Source: Trypanosoma brucei (lineage: Eukaryota). Taken from it: 64,000 nucleotides of DNA. Where the stretch lies: the NCBI GenBank assembly GCA_000002445.1, contig CP000071.1, positions 1,376,001 through 1,440,000 on the forward strand, in the 5' to 3' direction. Under the pieces are notes generated by a model. That model saw only the letters and a program-made list of their open reading frames with translations. It ran no database searches and had not been told where the DNA came from. The position numbers were made by a program, and so were the translations under genes. Of this stretch, positions 34,801 through 43,243 are shown one piece after another (the stretch's first letter is position 1; every line of letters starts with the position of its first letter).

Positions 34801-37800
34801 CTCATTGGCGTCTTCACTCTCCTTCTCAGCCAGTCTTGCAAGACGAGCAAGGTCCTTAACCCGCTGCAACATCTCTTCCTCAGTCGCTACCGCATCTTTG
34901 CCACCGTCGCTGCTACTCTTCTGCTGCAACCAGCGCTGGCCCAACTGAGAAAACATTGCATCATCATTGATTGGAAGCTCACCAAGAGGAATACCCATTA
35001 CTCGTTTCGGAAGGAAGGGATACTGTTTATGGACCGCATCCGTTTTCGTAGCATTCTCCTCGGCCAATTGCGTCACGAGCGCCTTCATTTTCTCCTCCAT
35101 AGCAGCAATCGCCTCTGCGTTGCCTGCCGGATCGCGGCGTAGCTCGTCCAGCTCATTCGACAGGTCACGGAACTCCTGTTGCTGAGCAGGTCGCACATCT
35201 GCGAGACACACACCACGCACAGGCTCTTCGGGCAAGAACGGGTAACGCTCACGGAGGCCTTCAGCACGGACTGCGGCACGGAGCCTAGAGGAACGGAGGT
35301 CACTCACGATTTTGTCAGCAGCGTCACGCAATAATTTCTCCTGCTGAGCCCGGGCCGTCGGATCCATATTAGATGCATCCTGCGTGTAGCGAGATGCTAG
35401 CTCCGCAAATGTGGGATCTGACATGAGATGCAACTCGCCCAGCGGGATCCCTTTCAAGGTACGTCCCAGAAACGGGTAAGCTGCTGCAAGGGACTCCTCT
35501 TCGGCCTTGCGTTCTTCAACAATCGCCCTCACTCGCTTTGTTTTGTTAAGTTCTATTTGCTGCTTCTTTTCGTTGTCTGTTACTGTTCTTTGTTCTTCCT
35601 TCAGTAGCTGCTGTATTTCGTTGTCTTCGTATATGTTTAAGGATGCTATTTTTATACCCTTTACTGTCTTTTGTATATTCTGAAAATTTTTCATAAGTCT
35701 TCCTACCTTTCTTTCTTCTGCTTCGATCTCGCTGCGGAAGGCTTTGTGCAGCTGTGATTTTCTCTTCGCCATTCTTGTTTGAAGGATGCGCTGCAATTTG
35801 ATACCTGCGGGAGTACCTTCTTCCTTAATTCTTTGATATTCGCGATGGAGTTCCTGGTAATATTTATCATTCATTATTTCCTCCTCAATGTAAGTGTTTA
35901 TTTCGTCTTGAGAAAGTCCAGTATCATGAGTATCCTTTATTTCATCATCACTGACATCCGACGGTGTTGATGTCATTATCTCCTGCGTCGTTCTGGCCAG
36001 CTCAGCTTCAAGCCTCTGTAGCTTCTCAGCGTTTTTGTCTATATCGTCCATGAGTTCATCATGATCGCCAACAAGTTTTGCGACAAGTGGGTTGTGGAGC
36101 ATGTTGGGGTCGATGTTTCGCCCAAGCATCGGGTATGTTTTGCGCAGCTCATCTACTTCGCGCACCTTGGCTGCCCGACCCTTGCGTTCATTTTCAAGTA
36201 TGTCGCGCACGCTATTAAGGAGATCGGGATGAACTGCATCAGGCGATCCGTCGCCTGTCATTGCAAGGACTCCTTGGCTTTCTAGGAGACGAATGTCCTC
36301 TAGACTAAGTGGCTTCAGTTCGTGGAACATCTCCATTATCTTTTCAATCTTCTTTATCTCCTCCAGGGCAATTTCATCTGCTCTACATGCAAGTCGGAAT
36401 CGAACACTAGCGACGGAGTCTTCATCCAATTTGAATCGTTGCAGAAGAGATTTGTACTCAGCAAGAAGCTGGTTGAACAGGTTGTCCTCGCTCAAGCGAA
36501 TGTGACGCAAAGGAAAACACTTCCGCGTTGTGTAAATAAGAAAGGGGTTTCCGGAGAGTACAGCATCATCGGCATCGGCGAGCAGAACTTCACTTAAGTG
36601 TGCGCCAGACGCAAGTTGCACAACCCTTGACTGAAGCACAGTTTCTTTTTTCGTTGTGGTCTCCTTCTCAGAAGCGGCAAATACTTCATCATCTTTGATT
36701 GGAAGCTCACCAAGAGGAATACCCATTACTCGTTTCGGAAGGAAGGGATACTGTTTATGGACCGCATCCGTTTTCGTAGCATTCTCCTCGGCCAATTGCG
36801 TCACGAGCGCCTTCATTTTCTCCTCCATAGCAGCAATCGCCTCTGCGTTGCCTGCCGGATCGCGGCGTAGCTCGTCCAGCTCATTCGACAGGTCACGGAA
36901 CTCCTGTTGCTGAGCAGGTCGCACATCTGCGAGACACACACCACGCACAGGCTCTTCGGGCAAGAACGGGTAACGCTCACGGAGGTCTTCACTCTCGATG
37001 GCTTCACGCCATTGGCGCACATTGCTCTCACGAGCGATGGCAAGTGCGTGGTTTAGCATCTCCCTTACAAGCCGCTTTCGCCGAAGATCGTTGGAGGTAC
37101 CAAGTGAGTTGGGGAGCTTTGAATACTGCTCTGCTTTCTGCGCAAACTTTTGGTTTTCTTCCAAATGCATGGTTGACGTATCTATACCTTCCATCCTACT
37201 TGGAATAAAGGGATATTTTTGGTTGTGCTCTTTGATCTGCGTCGTGCGCCTCACGGCAAGCCAAGCCACACGGTCGTTGGCGCGCGCGTTGAGCTTGTCT
37301 ACTTCCGCTACGACGACTGGTTTCATTGCGGTAAGTTTCTCACGAGCTATCACAAGAGCCATGAACTCATTATCCCCTTCCACGTCAAGGGCATCCAGGG
37401 TGAATCCGAGGTGCCGACGGCTTACAAATGGGTATTTGGCCTCTGAACGCTGTCGCCTTCTGAAACGGTTTGCATTTACCTTCCGTACCCAAACATTCAT
37501 CTGGAGTACCCGCTCCTCCATCTGATGTGTAAGCCCCAGTGCCGTTGGTGAATCATCTGCGTTGTTCTTGAACTCGGCATTGCGGCGTTGGGATAAAACC
37601 ACGTAGTAATCATCACGCATGTTCGGCACGGTTTCCACTACAAAATTCTCTGTTGTGAAACTTTCAACGTCGTAGTTCAGCCTCTGCAGTTCATTATCGT
37701 CGTGGCGCCGTGCCGCAAGGTGATGCACCGCCACCGCCAGTTCTGATTGCAACTTGCTATCAGTATTCTTCTTCGCTAACTGATCCATCAGCGTTGCCGC

Positions 37801-40800
37801 CGCCGAGTCCTCATGCAACCGTAACATAGAAAGTCGTTGATGATAAGGCCTTTCCTCAAGAAAGGGAAACTGCTGATGTAACTCCTCGTCGTCCACCGCG
37901 AGGCACGTGCGCACGATGGAAGCCCGTTCCCACATGGCTTCAAGCTTCGCAGATATTAGGGCATGGATCCATTCTGCTTCGGCGTCCCCACGGGAAACAC
38001 AAAGGCGATGCACGCGAAGAAGGTCATGCAGGTGTGTATCTCCGGCAAGATCGGTAGCAGAAACGGAGTAGCGCTTTGATGACGAAAGCCAGGGCGACAA
38101 CTCCTTCCGCCACCGAAAGGCGTCGAGCTCGATCTCATCAACACGGCTGGCCAGCTGACCCTGAATTTGCACAAGGCCTGGTCCTAAAGATTGTGACATG
38201 GTGCATTTTCGTATCTGGTCAATTAGTGTTCTAACTTGTTCATCCTCCAACACGTAAATCCATGGTATCGGAAGCATGAGGTTGACGTACCCCCCGTGCG
38301 TATCGCTAAACTCCTGTTCCTGGCGGTCGACAAAAGCCCGTTCAAGAGCTGTATCCTTTGCCTTCTTGGCAACATACTCACATATAGCATACTCCAAGGC
38401 GTTCGTTTGTTTAGAATCATCGCTGCTGCGCAACTTATGCACAAGATCCATAAAAAATCCATCGTCTTCAAGTCTGAGGCTTGCCGTCCGCACCCCATGG
38501 ACCTCGGCGCGAAGGAAGGGGTACCGTTTTAGTATATCACCCTCTTGGATGGAACGATGTAGCTCCCACATCCGCTCCTTCATTGCCTGTTCCAGTTGCC
38601 TGCTCTCAGTTGTGTCCTTGCTTGCTCGCGCCCGCTGATGGGCAAGTTCAACGAACACCTCATCTTCCAGCAGCCGAACATCAACAAATGGAAAGCTGTC
38701 GACACGAGTTGCAAGGAAAGGATACCTCTGCAAGATCCCACGATATACCACTGGCCTGGAAGAGAGGTGCTGCTCGAGATAACGAAGGTTCTCTAGATAC
38801 GCCAAAAAATCAGGATCGTCTTTCGGTACACCGGCTTTGTCGAACGCAAGACCGGCCCTCTTGAGCGACTCTCCCGCATCACTTAAGCGATTAAGGTCAA
38901 TTTCAATCGCACCTTTGTTATTTTGTACGACAGCATACTCCCTACTCTGAACACCAAATAAGTCTGCCGCCTTATCTCCGGCCTCCCGCAGCAACGTCAT
39001 ACAGTGCTCTACATATTTTTCACGATCCCATGAGCGGTAAATGTGTGCACCATCAGTTAAAAGGGACGGCAAGTCGCGCGATTCAGTTGGTTTCTTCTTG
39101 CTAATTGTAATCGCGGTGAGAAGTACACGTATTGCGTCCTCGTACCAACCTTCAGACTCAAGTTGCAGACTTAAGTCCCACAGATAGTACATAAAATAGT
39201 CTGACGCCCAACCAATGGTACTGAGTTCGACAGAATGGCTCACGAGCTCCTTTGTGTTAACGGAGCAAGAGGGAAGAAGTTGTTTACACTGAAGAAGCCC
39301 CTTGTACGGCTGAAGATGCAGCCATGCACCGTGCTCACTCTTAAGATAGCCCGGAAGCTTTTCGATAGCACTATAGAAGTGCTTCGCAGCCTCCTCGACA
39401 CAGCTTCTGTAAGTGGCCAGCTCGTCAGACTGATACAACGTCGCCACGCGCAGCAGCCAGAAGCCATACTCAATGTGAAGGCGGCCTTGCGTTACAGGGC
39501 CCGTCAATTCTTCGAAACCGCGCATTGTGTCAGGAAACAAGCCCCGGCCCTCCGCAATGTAGTCTTTTTCCATAGTTGCAAAGCACACCTCGCACACGCT
39601 ACGGCGCGAATAGAGGGGTGACAGGCTCACAGGAGCACACAGTTCCATGTGCGCTTTTGCAGTTTCACGTACTAGGGCAAGTGCTTCATCATAATGCCCA
39701 TCCCAGCACGCCACCTTCCATCGGACCGGCAGACAAAAGGCATACCGATAACCATCTTGTGTAACGATTGTCCTGTATTTTTCACTTAGTGCGCGAACAT
39801 ACTGAGGATCTATCAATTTGGGTAATACACTGGCGTTGACGTGGGCGTGCCATCTCATTACTGTGTGATTTTTGGAAGTTTTTTCAATGGAAACTCCAAT
39901 AAGGGCACATATGCGCGCCACAATATCCGCCTTCCTCCCCATACGTATGTCTGTTAGGGACTTGATGAGATCCTCATCGGAATCTATTATGCCATATTTC
40001 TTGGCTACAACCTCCAAAAAGATACTGCGGAAATTATCCAGGTTTGTGAAGGCTGCCCCGATGTGTTTCGAGACGGTGCCGGCCAGTATATCGTCATCGT
40101 ACGCCACGCGTTTTCCTTGAACTTCCAAATAGAACTCCTGTTTCACCGACCGTGCAATCATTTCAATGGATATCAACTCCCTCACTCGTTGTGTCACATC
40201 AGGGGAATACCTCCCCACACCCTCAGTTTTACACACCACTTGCTTCAGGAGGCACATGTTGATGCCGATTGAGTGCAGCACATCGCACAGTTTCCTCAAG
40301 CGCTCGCCGTTTGAGCGAGACTCGCTGTCCACACAAGCGTGCACAATGCGGTCGAGCACTTCAGTGTTGTCAAGCAACGAAACTGTGTCCATATGACCAT
40401 CTGTCACATTGCCACAAAGCCTCAGCATCTCTTGGCGCTTCATGATTGTATCGTCAACAAACAACGGGGTTAGAGTTGAGTTGGAATTGGTTAGGTACAG
40501 GCGGCCATCCAATCCCTCATACACCTCAAGAGTGCCGTCGGGAAATGGGATATTGAGAGCATCCGCCATGTGGAGGATCTCCGCCTCGACCTCGCTGTCA
40601 TCTGTGGATTCAGCCCCATAAAGGCGGGTCGGGTTGGCCGACATAGGGACTAAGGCCTGCGCAAGCACAGGCATTCCGCGGTAGAAAATCATGCAGGAGA
40701 GCGGCACAGTCAACAGGCGGCTACGACTCTGCAGCACACCGCGGAGTGAGGCCACATAGTTCCTTCCCGAACGGCTGTCAGGTAGAACACGGAAGAAAAT

Positions 40801-41307
40801 GTTGTCCACGCGATAACACTGCAGAAATTTCGGGAGCTCCCGAGGCCCGTTATCGTCGAGCGTCACGATCTGCTTCGCCTTGCGGGTGGCCTCCTCCACG
40901 AACTCCTTCTCAATCCGGCGAAGCGCCTCCATCCGGCTCACAGCCTGGGAAATGGTGTTGTCCTCCGCTTCCCACGCAAACTGGAACTCTGCATTCCAAT
41001 TCCTAGCATACCGCGTGATGTCAGCACAAGACGCAAGAAATGGCTTCGGTGCCGTCTGCTGCATCGGAAACGCAGCTATTTTTCTGATGGAAAGTCTATG
41101 CCGGGACGCCTCCAGCATTGAAACGTGACGTTGTGCTGTACGCTGGGAACTAGTGCTTGTCAATCGCGAATAAGAGGATCGCACATCCTCGATTGGAACT
41201 CCCTGGTTTTCGGGGGTGGTAGGAAACATTACACCCGGCTTCCGGTCCCGTGCATTCGAATCAACTGATGGATTACGGCGCTGTTCATTTTGATTGCGCC
41301 GTCTCAT
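28852..41307 (-). CDS. giant repeat protein (4,151 aa) with a non-repetitive N-terminal ~1,000 aa that may carry a CLU-like domain (tentative), then more than 25 copies of a ~20-aa YPFL motif, and an acidic low-complexity C-terminus
   Basis: This is a single uninterrupted ORF starting at the ATG at 41307 (MRRRNQ). Motif instances include LRERYPFLPEEPVRGVCLADV, HKQYPFLPKRVMGIPLGELPI, AAAYPFLGRTLKGIPLGELHL, LQRYPFLATRVDSFPFVDVRLL and NQKYPFIPSRMEGIDTSTMHL. The N-terminal region contains a G-L-D-G-R-L-Y-L-T segment reminiscent of the CLU-domain GxDGRxYxLD signature. The C-terminus is rich in E, D, G, A and V. Confidence 0.75.
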   Translation of the reverse strand: MRRRNQNEQRRNPSVDSNARDRKPGVMFPTTPENQGVPIEDVRSSYSRLTSTSSQRTAQRHVSMLEASRHRLSIRKIAAFPMQQTAPKPFLASCADITRYARNWNAEFQFAWEAEDNTISQAVSRMEALRRIEKEFVEEATRKAKQIVTLDDNGPRELPKFLQCYRVDNIFFRVLPDSRSGRNYVASLRGVLQSRSRLLTVPLSCMIFYRGMPVLAQALVPMSANPTRLYGAESTDDSEVEAEILHMADALNIPFPDGTLEVYEGLDGRLYLTNSNSTLTPLFVDDTIMKRQEMLRLCGNVTDGHMDTVSLLDNTEVLDRIVHACVDSESRSNGERLRKLCDVLHSIGINMCLLKQVVCKTEGVGRYSPDVTQRVRELISIEMIARSVKQEFYLEVQGKRVAYDDDILAGTVSKHIGAAFTNLDNFRSIFLEVVAKKYGIIDSDEDLIKSLTDIRMGRKADIVARICALIGVSIEKTSKNHTVMRWHAHVNASVLPKLIDPQYVRALSEKYRTIVTQDGYRYAFCLPVRWKVACWDGHYDEALALVRETAKAHMELCAPVSLSPLYSRRSVCEVCFATMEKDYIAEGRGLFPDTMRGFEELTGPVTQGRLHIEYGFWLLRVATLYQSDELATYRSCVEEAAKHFYSAIEKLPGYLKSEHGAWLHLQPYKGLLQCKQLLPSCSVNTKELVSHSVELSTIGWASDYFMYYLWDLSLQLESEGWYEDAIRVLLTAITISKKKPTESRDLPSLLTDGAHIYRSWDREKYVEHCMTLLREAGDKAADLFGVQSREYAVVQNNKGAIEIDLNRLSDAGESLKRAGLAFDKAGVPKDDPDFLAYLENLRYLEQHLSSRPVVYRGILQRYPFLATRVDSFPFVDVRLLEDEVFVELAHQRARASKDTTESRQLEQAMKERMWELHRSIQEGDILKRYPFLRAEVHGVRTASLRLEDDGFFMDLVHKLRSSDDSKQTNALEYAICEYVAKKAKDTALERAFVDRQEQEFSDTHGGYVNLMLPIPWIYVLEDEQVRTLIDQIRKCTMSQSLGPGLVQIQGQLASRVDEIELDAFRWRKELSPWLSSSKRYSVSATDLAGDTHLHDLLRVHRLCVSRGDAEAEWIHALISAKLEAMWERASIVRTCLAVDDEELHQQFPFLEERPYHQRLSMLRLHEDSAAATLMDQLAKKNTDSKLQSELAVAVHHLAARRHDDNELQRLNYDVESFTTENFVVETVPNMRDDYYVVLSQRRNAEFKNNADDSPTALGLTHQMEERVLQMNVWVRKVNANRFRRRQRSEAKYPFVSRRHLGFTLDALDVEGDNEFMALVIAREKLTAMKPVVVAEVDKLNARANDRVAWLAVRRTTQIKEHNQKYPFIPSRMEGIDTSTMHLEENQKFAQKAEQYSKLPNSLGTSNDLRRKRLVREMLNHALAIARESNVRQWREAIESEDLRERYPFLPEEPVRGVCLADVRPAQQQEFRDLSNELDELRRDPAGNAEAIAAMEEKMKALVTQLAEENATKTDAVHKQYPFLPKRVMGIPLGELPIKDDEVFAASEKETTTKKETVLQSRVVQLASGAHLSEVLLADADDAVLSGNPFLIYTTRKCFPLRHIRLSEDNLFNQLLAEYKSLLQRFKLDEDSVASVRFRLACRADEIALEEIKKIEKIMEMFHELKPLSLEDIRLLESQGVLAMTGDGSPDAVHPDLLNSVRDILENERKGRAAKVREVDELRKTYPMLGRNIDPNMLHNPLVAKLVGDHDELMDDIDKNAEKLQRLEAELARTTQEIMTSTPSDVSDDEIKDTHDTGLSQDEINTYIEEEIMNDKYYQELHREYQRIKEEGTPAGIKLQRILQTRMAKRKSQLHKAFRSEIEAEERKVGRLMKNFQNIQKTVKGIKIASLNIYEDNEIQQLLKEEQRTVTDNEKKQQIELNKTKRVRAIVEERKAEEESLAAAYPFLGRTLKGIPLGELHLMSDPTFAELASRYTQDASNMDPTARAQQEKLLRDAADKIVSDLRSSRLRAAVRAEGLRERYPFLPEEPVRGVCLADVRPAQQQEFRDLSNELDELRRDPAGNAEAIAAMEEKMKALVTQLAEENATKTDAVHKQYPFLPKRVMGIPLGELPINDDAMFSQLGQRWLQQKSSSDGGKDAVATEEEMLQRVKDLARLARLAEKESEDANEYVRACNPFLLYEDRKCVLLSDIPLSKDDGYQKLFNEHLSALEDAEANAERLTELEEALRARADELALNESVRRALLNKCPFLASQDGLELSEKLLHDPVFQQQCARYDELMRDPVKNADALRQLEREMSLSMKSAAGGDPTASGSVGGAGALDGTSAAKGARTSSDGESFAGGLPGARGSVAAVVYPFLPETFLGVSQAELYLEDDPYFQELLARYNELVPDGRKPESPLEKQIYEQLCRRAGQIAGDVLKLQSAEQRAAARDASLYSFVDPSLLAEVPRDLTLEDDDEFCELMKRRDEEKAKGPNEVNAEVIREAEAGLAKRVRAIVEERKAEEESLAAAYPFLGRTLKGIPLGELHLMSDPTFAELASRYTQDASNMDPTARAQQEKLLRDAADKIVSDLRSSRLRAAVRAEDLRERYPFLPEEPVRGVCLADVRPAQQQEFRDLSNELDELRRDPAGNAEAIAAMEEKMKALVTQLAEENATKTDAVHKQYPFLPKRVMGIPLGELPINDDAMFSQLGQRWLQQKSSSDGGKDAVATEEEMLQRVKDLARLARLAEKESEDANEYVRACNPFLLYEDRKCVLLSDIPLSKDDGYQKLFNEHLSALEDAEANAERLTELEEALRARADELALNESVRRALLNKCPFLASQDGLELSEKLLHDPVFQQQCARYDELMRDPVKNADALRQLEREMSLSMKSAAGGDPTASGSVGGAGALDGTSAAKGARTSSDGESFAGGLPGARGSVAAVVYPFLPETFLGVSQAELYLEDDPYFQELLARYNELVPDGRKPESPLEKQIYEQLCRRAGQIAGDVLKLQSAEQRAAARDASLYSFVDPSLLAEVPRDLTLEDDDEFCELMKRRDEEKAKGPNEVNAEVIREAEAGLAKRVRAIVEERKAEEESLAAAYPFLGRTLKGIPLGELHLMSDPTFAELASRYTQDASNMDPTARAQQEKLLRDAADKIVSDLRSSRLRAAVRAEDLRERYPFLPEEPVRGVCLADVRPAQQQEFRDLSNELDELRLDWEGNSETIAAMEEKMKALVTQLAEENATKTDAVHKQYPFLPKRVMGIPLGELPINDDAMFSQLCRRRARQAKLAGGAKGAVAIEKEMLQRVKDLARLARLAEKESEDANEYVRACNPFLLYEDRKCVLLSDIPLSKDDGYQKLFNEHLSALEDAEANAERLTELEEALRARADELALNESIRCALLLKYPFLSSLDGLNDLTMLLRDPAFQQQCARYDELMRDPVKNADALRELEEEMNRRGEYLSCCDARGDGRKRAMSFVILMTPSGGNAAEGASNLVGTGSRKSFNVSPRKSRLSIVDADQNQHLSSLMLMPNESAMECFKETEVVSFDACSRRKLHKMRGQKRRKTHFFSDGGAAVDGEEEALVGDAETVVDDAAVGVKGDHDDASEGALAPSIDAGVGEESDNLKTAAGAEVVGDETSSVAVAGGVCDDGKSGSICAADAEDAEGDGGVTDVVEGEGAIVNDGSISGLTDHREADALCASERDAEGSAEKGDRPEGDELLALRRRRMEEFDAELEELLVLENRSRSLHEEDERHDRDHIMLTCEDEEKTMENRRRAAEKVKRLVGEEEPGARREVEAGEKEEIEDLRQAQMLSLRLIECVVALSKKETEKRHAIEAEERKSVKAINCARETSARDALTAQEQREKDEQVAKKEVQKQEATSLIKSVIFAYRARRRLANRFLNRRAHEHKNAMEDIYGVEHNSRLAIVNEEKSDLQALFELKDFLTQKVQKVSHKVFVELEKEEDDARHQLIDDFMVHLKNLQRASRKVLSKQRDQTPSLQDLLRFEQHEEAMRTGEGSDLEAGLGGAGEEAGGDESADEEKEEDYDEPLKTGRYKGYVLDSIGTFLLKYERDLRCFRATLEKNRADTAVEHDLLKKTRDNATQDVVHNSNGASWVPTRPLPLSDLVRGPSAQYRRGRIADVRGTKSTSKLNGVDGKNGLAGEPAPAESSRKTH
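31030..35535. repeat. near-identical 1,701-bp (567-codon) tandem repeat inside the giant CDS, about 2.65 copies
   Basis: The ORFs 32105..33010 and 33806..34711 and their neighbours are identical at an offset of 1701 bp. Copy boundaries are at about 31030, 31310, 33011, 34712 and 35535. A dispersed partial copy of about 310 bp lies at 36690-37000. Confidence 0.9.
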
Positions 41308-42179
41308 TTCAACGAAACTGACAGCAAAACAGACACAAAAATGAGTACTAAGTTACCTGAACCTCCCGGTACTTTGGTTTTTTTTCTTTCTATTATCTAA
41401 AAACAAAGCCGAAGACCTGCCGGGCAGACGGGTGCGCGAAGAAAAAAAATGCCGCAACAACGAAGGATGTTTGCTTCAAAGGCTTCGCAAAAAAAAAAAA
41501 ACAAAGTTTCTAGTCTGCCTCCGAAGATGATAATGACAGCAAGTTAAATAAACAAAAAGAGGTAAACTTCAACATGTGAAATAATAACCCTCGTGTGGCG
41601 TTTCACCACCGTTGGGATTCGTAACATCGTGGGAGGAGGGTACGCAGAAGTGATCCCCTCATTGTCCCGCAAAGCACCTAACGCAGCGGCAAAAAGGAAG
41701 TGCTTCGCAGCCATCAATACGCCGTAGCACCACTGCTGCAGGGAAAAAATAACATTCTCCCCAACATACAGAGCCATACACATCATAAGTTTCCCCACCG
41801 ATACCCACCACCACCACCACCTCTAACTGAAGCACTTTGGTCAAATTCACAAAACGAACCGTTCCCACCTGCCAGTCCACCTCATTAACACACCGGCCCC
41901 ACTTCGCATTAATGACTAACGCTGATCACCCAACCCCCGGAACAGAGATAAGTGAACAAACCCGCGTGTGGCCGAGTGAGCATCGCGTACACACAAGAAT
42001 GGGCAACTAGTTGCTCCTGACACGGTAAGCAAAAAAAAAACTCTATAGTGAACAAGCGCATGAGCTATTCGTGGTAACATTTCCACACAGCCGGCTATCC
42101 AACCCCTCAACATACATTACCATCACCGTACCGCTATTATTTGTTTTCCTCCGAGCATCGCGCCACAACGTATGAACTG

Positions 42180-42896
42180 CTACAACCGAATTTGCATCAA
42201 GTCGTCATATTCTTCATCTCCATCGCGGGGACGTTTCTTCGTCTCGACCGCCTTCGTTATACTCTTTAGCAACTGCGCTTGCAGATCACCCCGTTGAATA
42301 ATTGACTGTAGTTGCTGATCTTCGCTGACACCCATCTTTACGTACGAAACGGCTCGTTCAAGAGGATTCGGGGCTTCCTGTTTCGCCTGCAGTTTGCGAA
42401 GCTCCTTCCACCCTCCACGCTTCTTTTTCACTTCTTCGCCGCGAACAAATACGTGTGGAACAGGAAGCGCCTGTGTGTCCGTAGAGCTCACCTTTCCTTC
42501 TGTCAGTAGCAGCTCGAAACTGTGCCGTAACTTCTCTAACTCCGCACCACCAAATGCACCATCTGGAGAACTGCCAGAGATATCAGTTTTCAGGGCAAGA
42601 CAGCACTTGCGGGCAAATACAGCGATCCCTTTCCTAGCGGCCTGCAGGTCATCAGCCCTCACGCACTCGTCACCAAAGAACTCCACAAACACGGGCGCCT
42701 CTGCAAGGTAACCGGCACGCAAGTGATGGCCGTTAGCTGAGGCTCCGTCCTCCTCCATGCCAATGTGCCGCAGTGCTGCGTCGGAAAGACGCGCCAACGC
42801 AGCAACACTACCCACCTTACGCATTAATTTATTTACTACAGCGTCGCCCACCAGCATGCACAGATTTGGTACAGATGTAGGACTGTTCTCTGCCAT
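42180..42896 (-). CDS. hypothetical protein (238 aa), helix-rich with a basic/acidic C-terminus
   Basis: The track ORF begins at TTG and translates a poly(T)/(GT) tract, so I rejected that start. The first AG after the minus-strand polypyrimidine tract (43073-43100) lies near 42960. The next ATG is at 42896 (MAENSPTSVPNLCMLVGDAVVNKLMRK...). An upstream ATG at 43031 is possible but no AG lies between it and the tract. Confidence 0.5.
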   Translation of the reverse strand: MAENSPTSVPNLCMLVGDAVVNKLMRKVGSVAALARLSDAALRHIGMEEDGASANGHHLRAGYLAEAPVFVEFFGDECVRADDLQAARKGIAVFARKCCLALKTDISGSSPDGAFGGAELEKLRHSFELLLTEGKVSSTDTQALPVPHVFVRGEEVKKKRGGWKELRKLQAKQEAPNPLERAVSYVKMGVSEDQQLQSIIQRGDLQAQLLKSITKAVETKKRPRDGDEEYDDLMQIRL

Positions 42897-43072
42897 CTGC
42901 TTCTCGTTCGATCTACCTATGAATCCTTCCAACACCCCAACAGTGCTCAACGTTGCCTTCTGCGGGAGCGCCCATTTAAATGGAAAGGAAAGAGTAAGAT
43001 AAACAAAAGTTGGTGCAGGCGAATAGGACATGGTAAGGTGGAAAGAGTCATAAGAAATGGCCGTATACACCG

Positions 43073-43100
43073 CAAAAAAAAAAACACACACACAAAAAAA
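43073..43100 (-). promoter_or_regulatory. minus-strand polypyrimidine tract (T7-(GT)5-T11), a likely trans-splicing signal for the downstream gene
   Basis: The plus strand reads caaaaaaaaaaaacacacacacaaaaaaaa. Confidence 0.5.
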
Positions 43101-43243
43101 ATACGTCTCGATGCGCTCTGCGGCCCAACAACAACCAGCGTTAATTAGTGTGGACGGGTACACCGCTTCCTTCCGCGGAAGCTCGACGTGCAGATCCTCC
43201 GAAATGGAAATATGCTGAAGCGACAATAACTAGGTACCCTTCC

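Noticed and set aside
30308-37525. Long plus-strand ORFs overlapping the giant gene (e.g. 301-aa Ser/Ala-rich ORFs at 32105..33010 and 33806..34711, and 310 aa at 30808..31740)
   Set aside because: They are antisense read-throughs of a GC-rich, repetitive, codon-biased CDS. They have S/A/R-rich nonsense composition and are duplicated only because the sense-strand repeat is duplicated.
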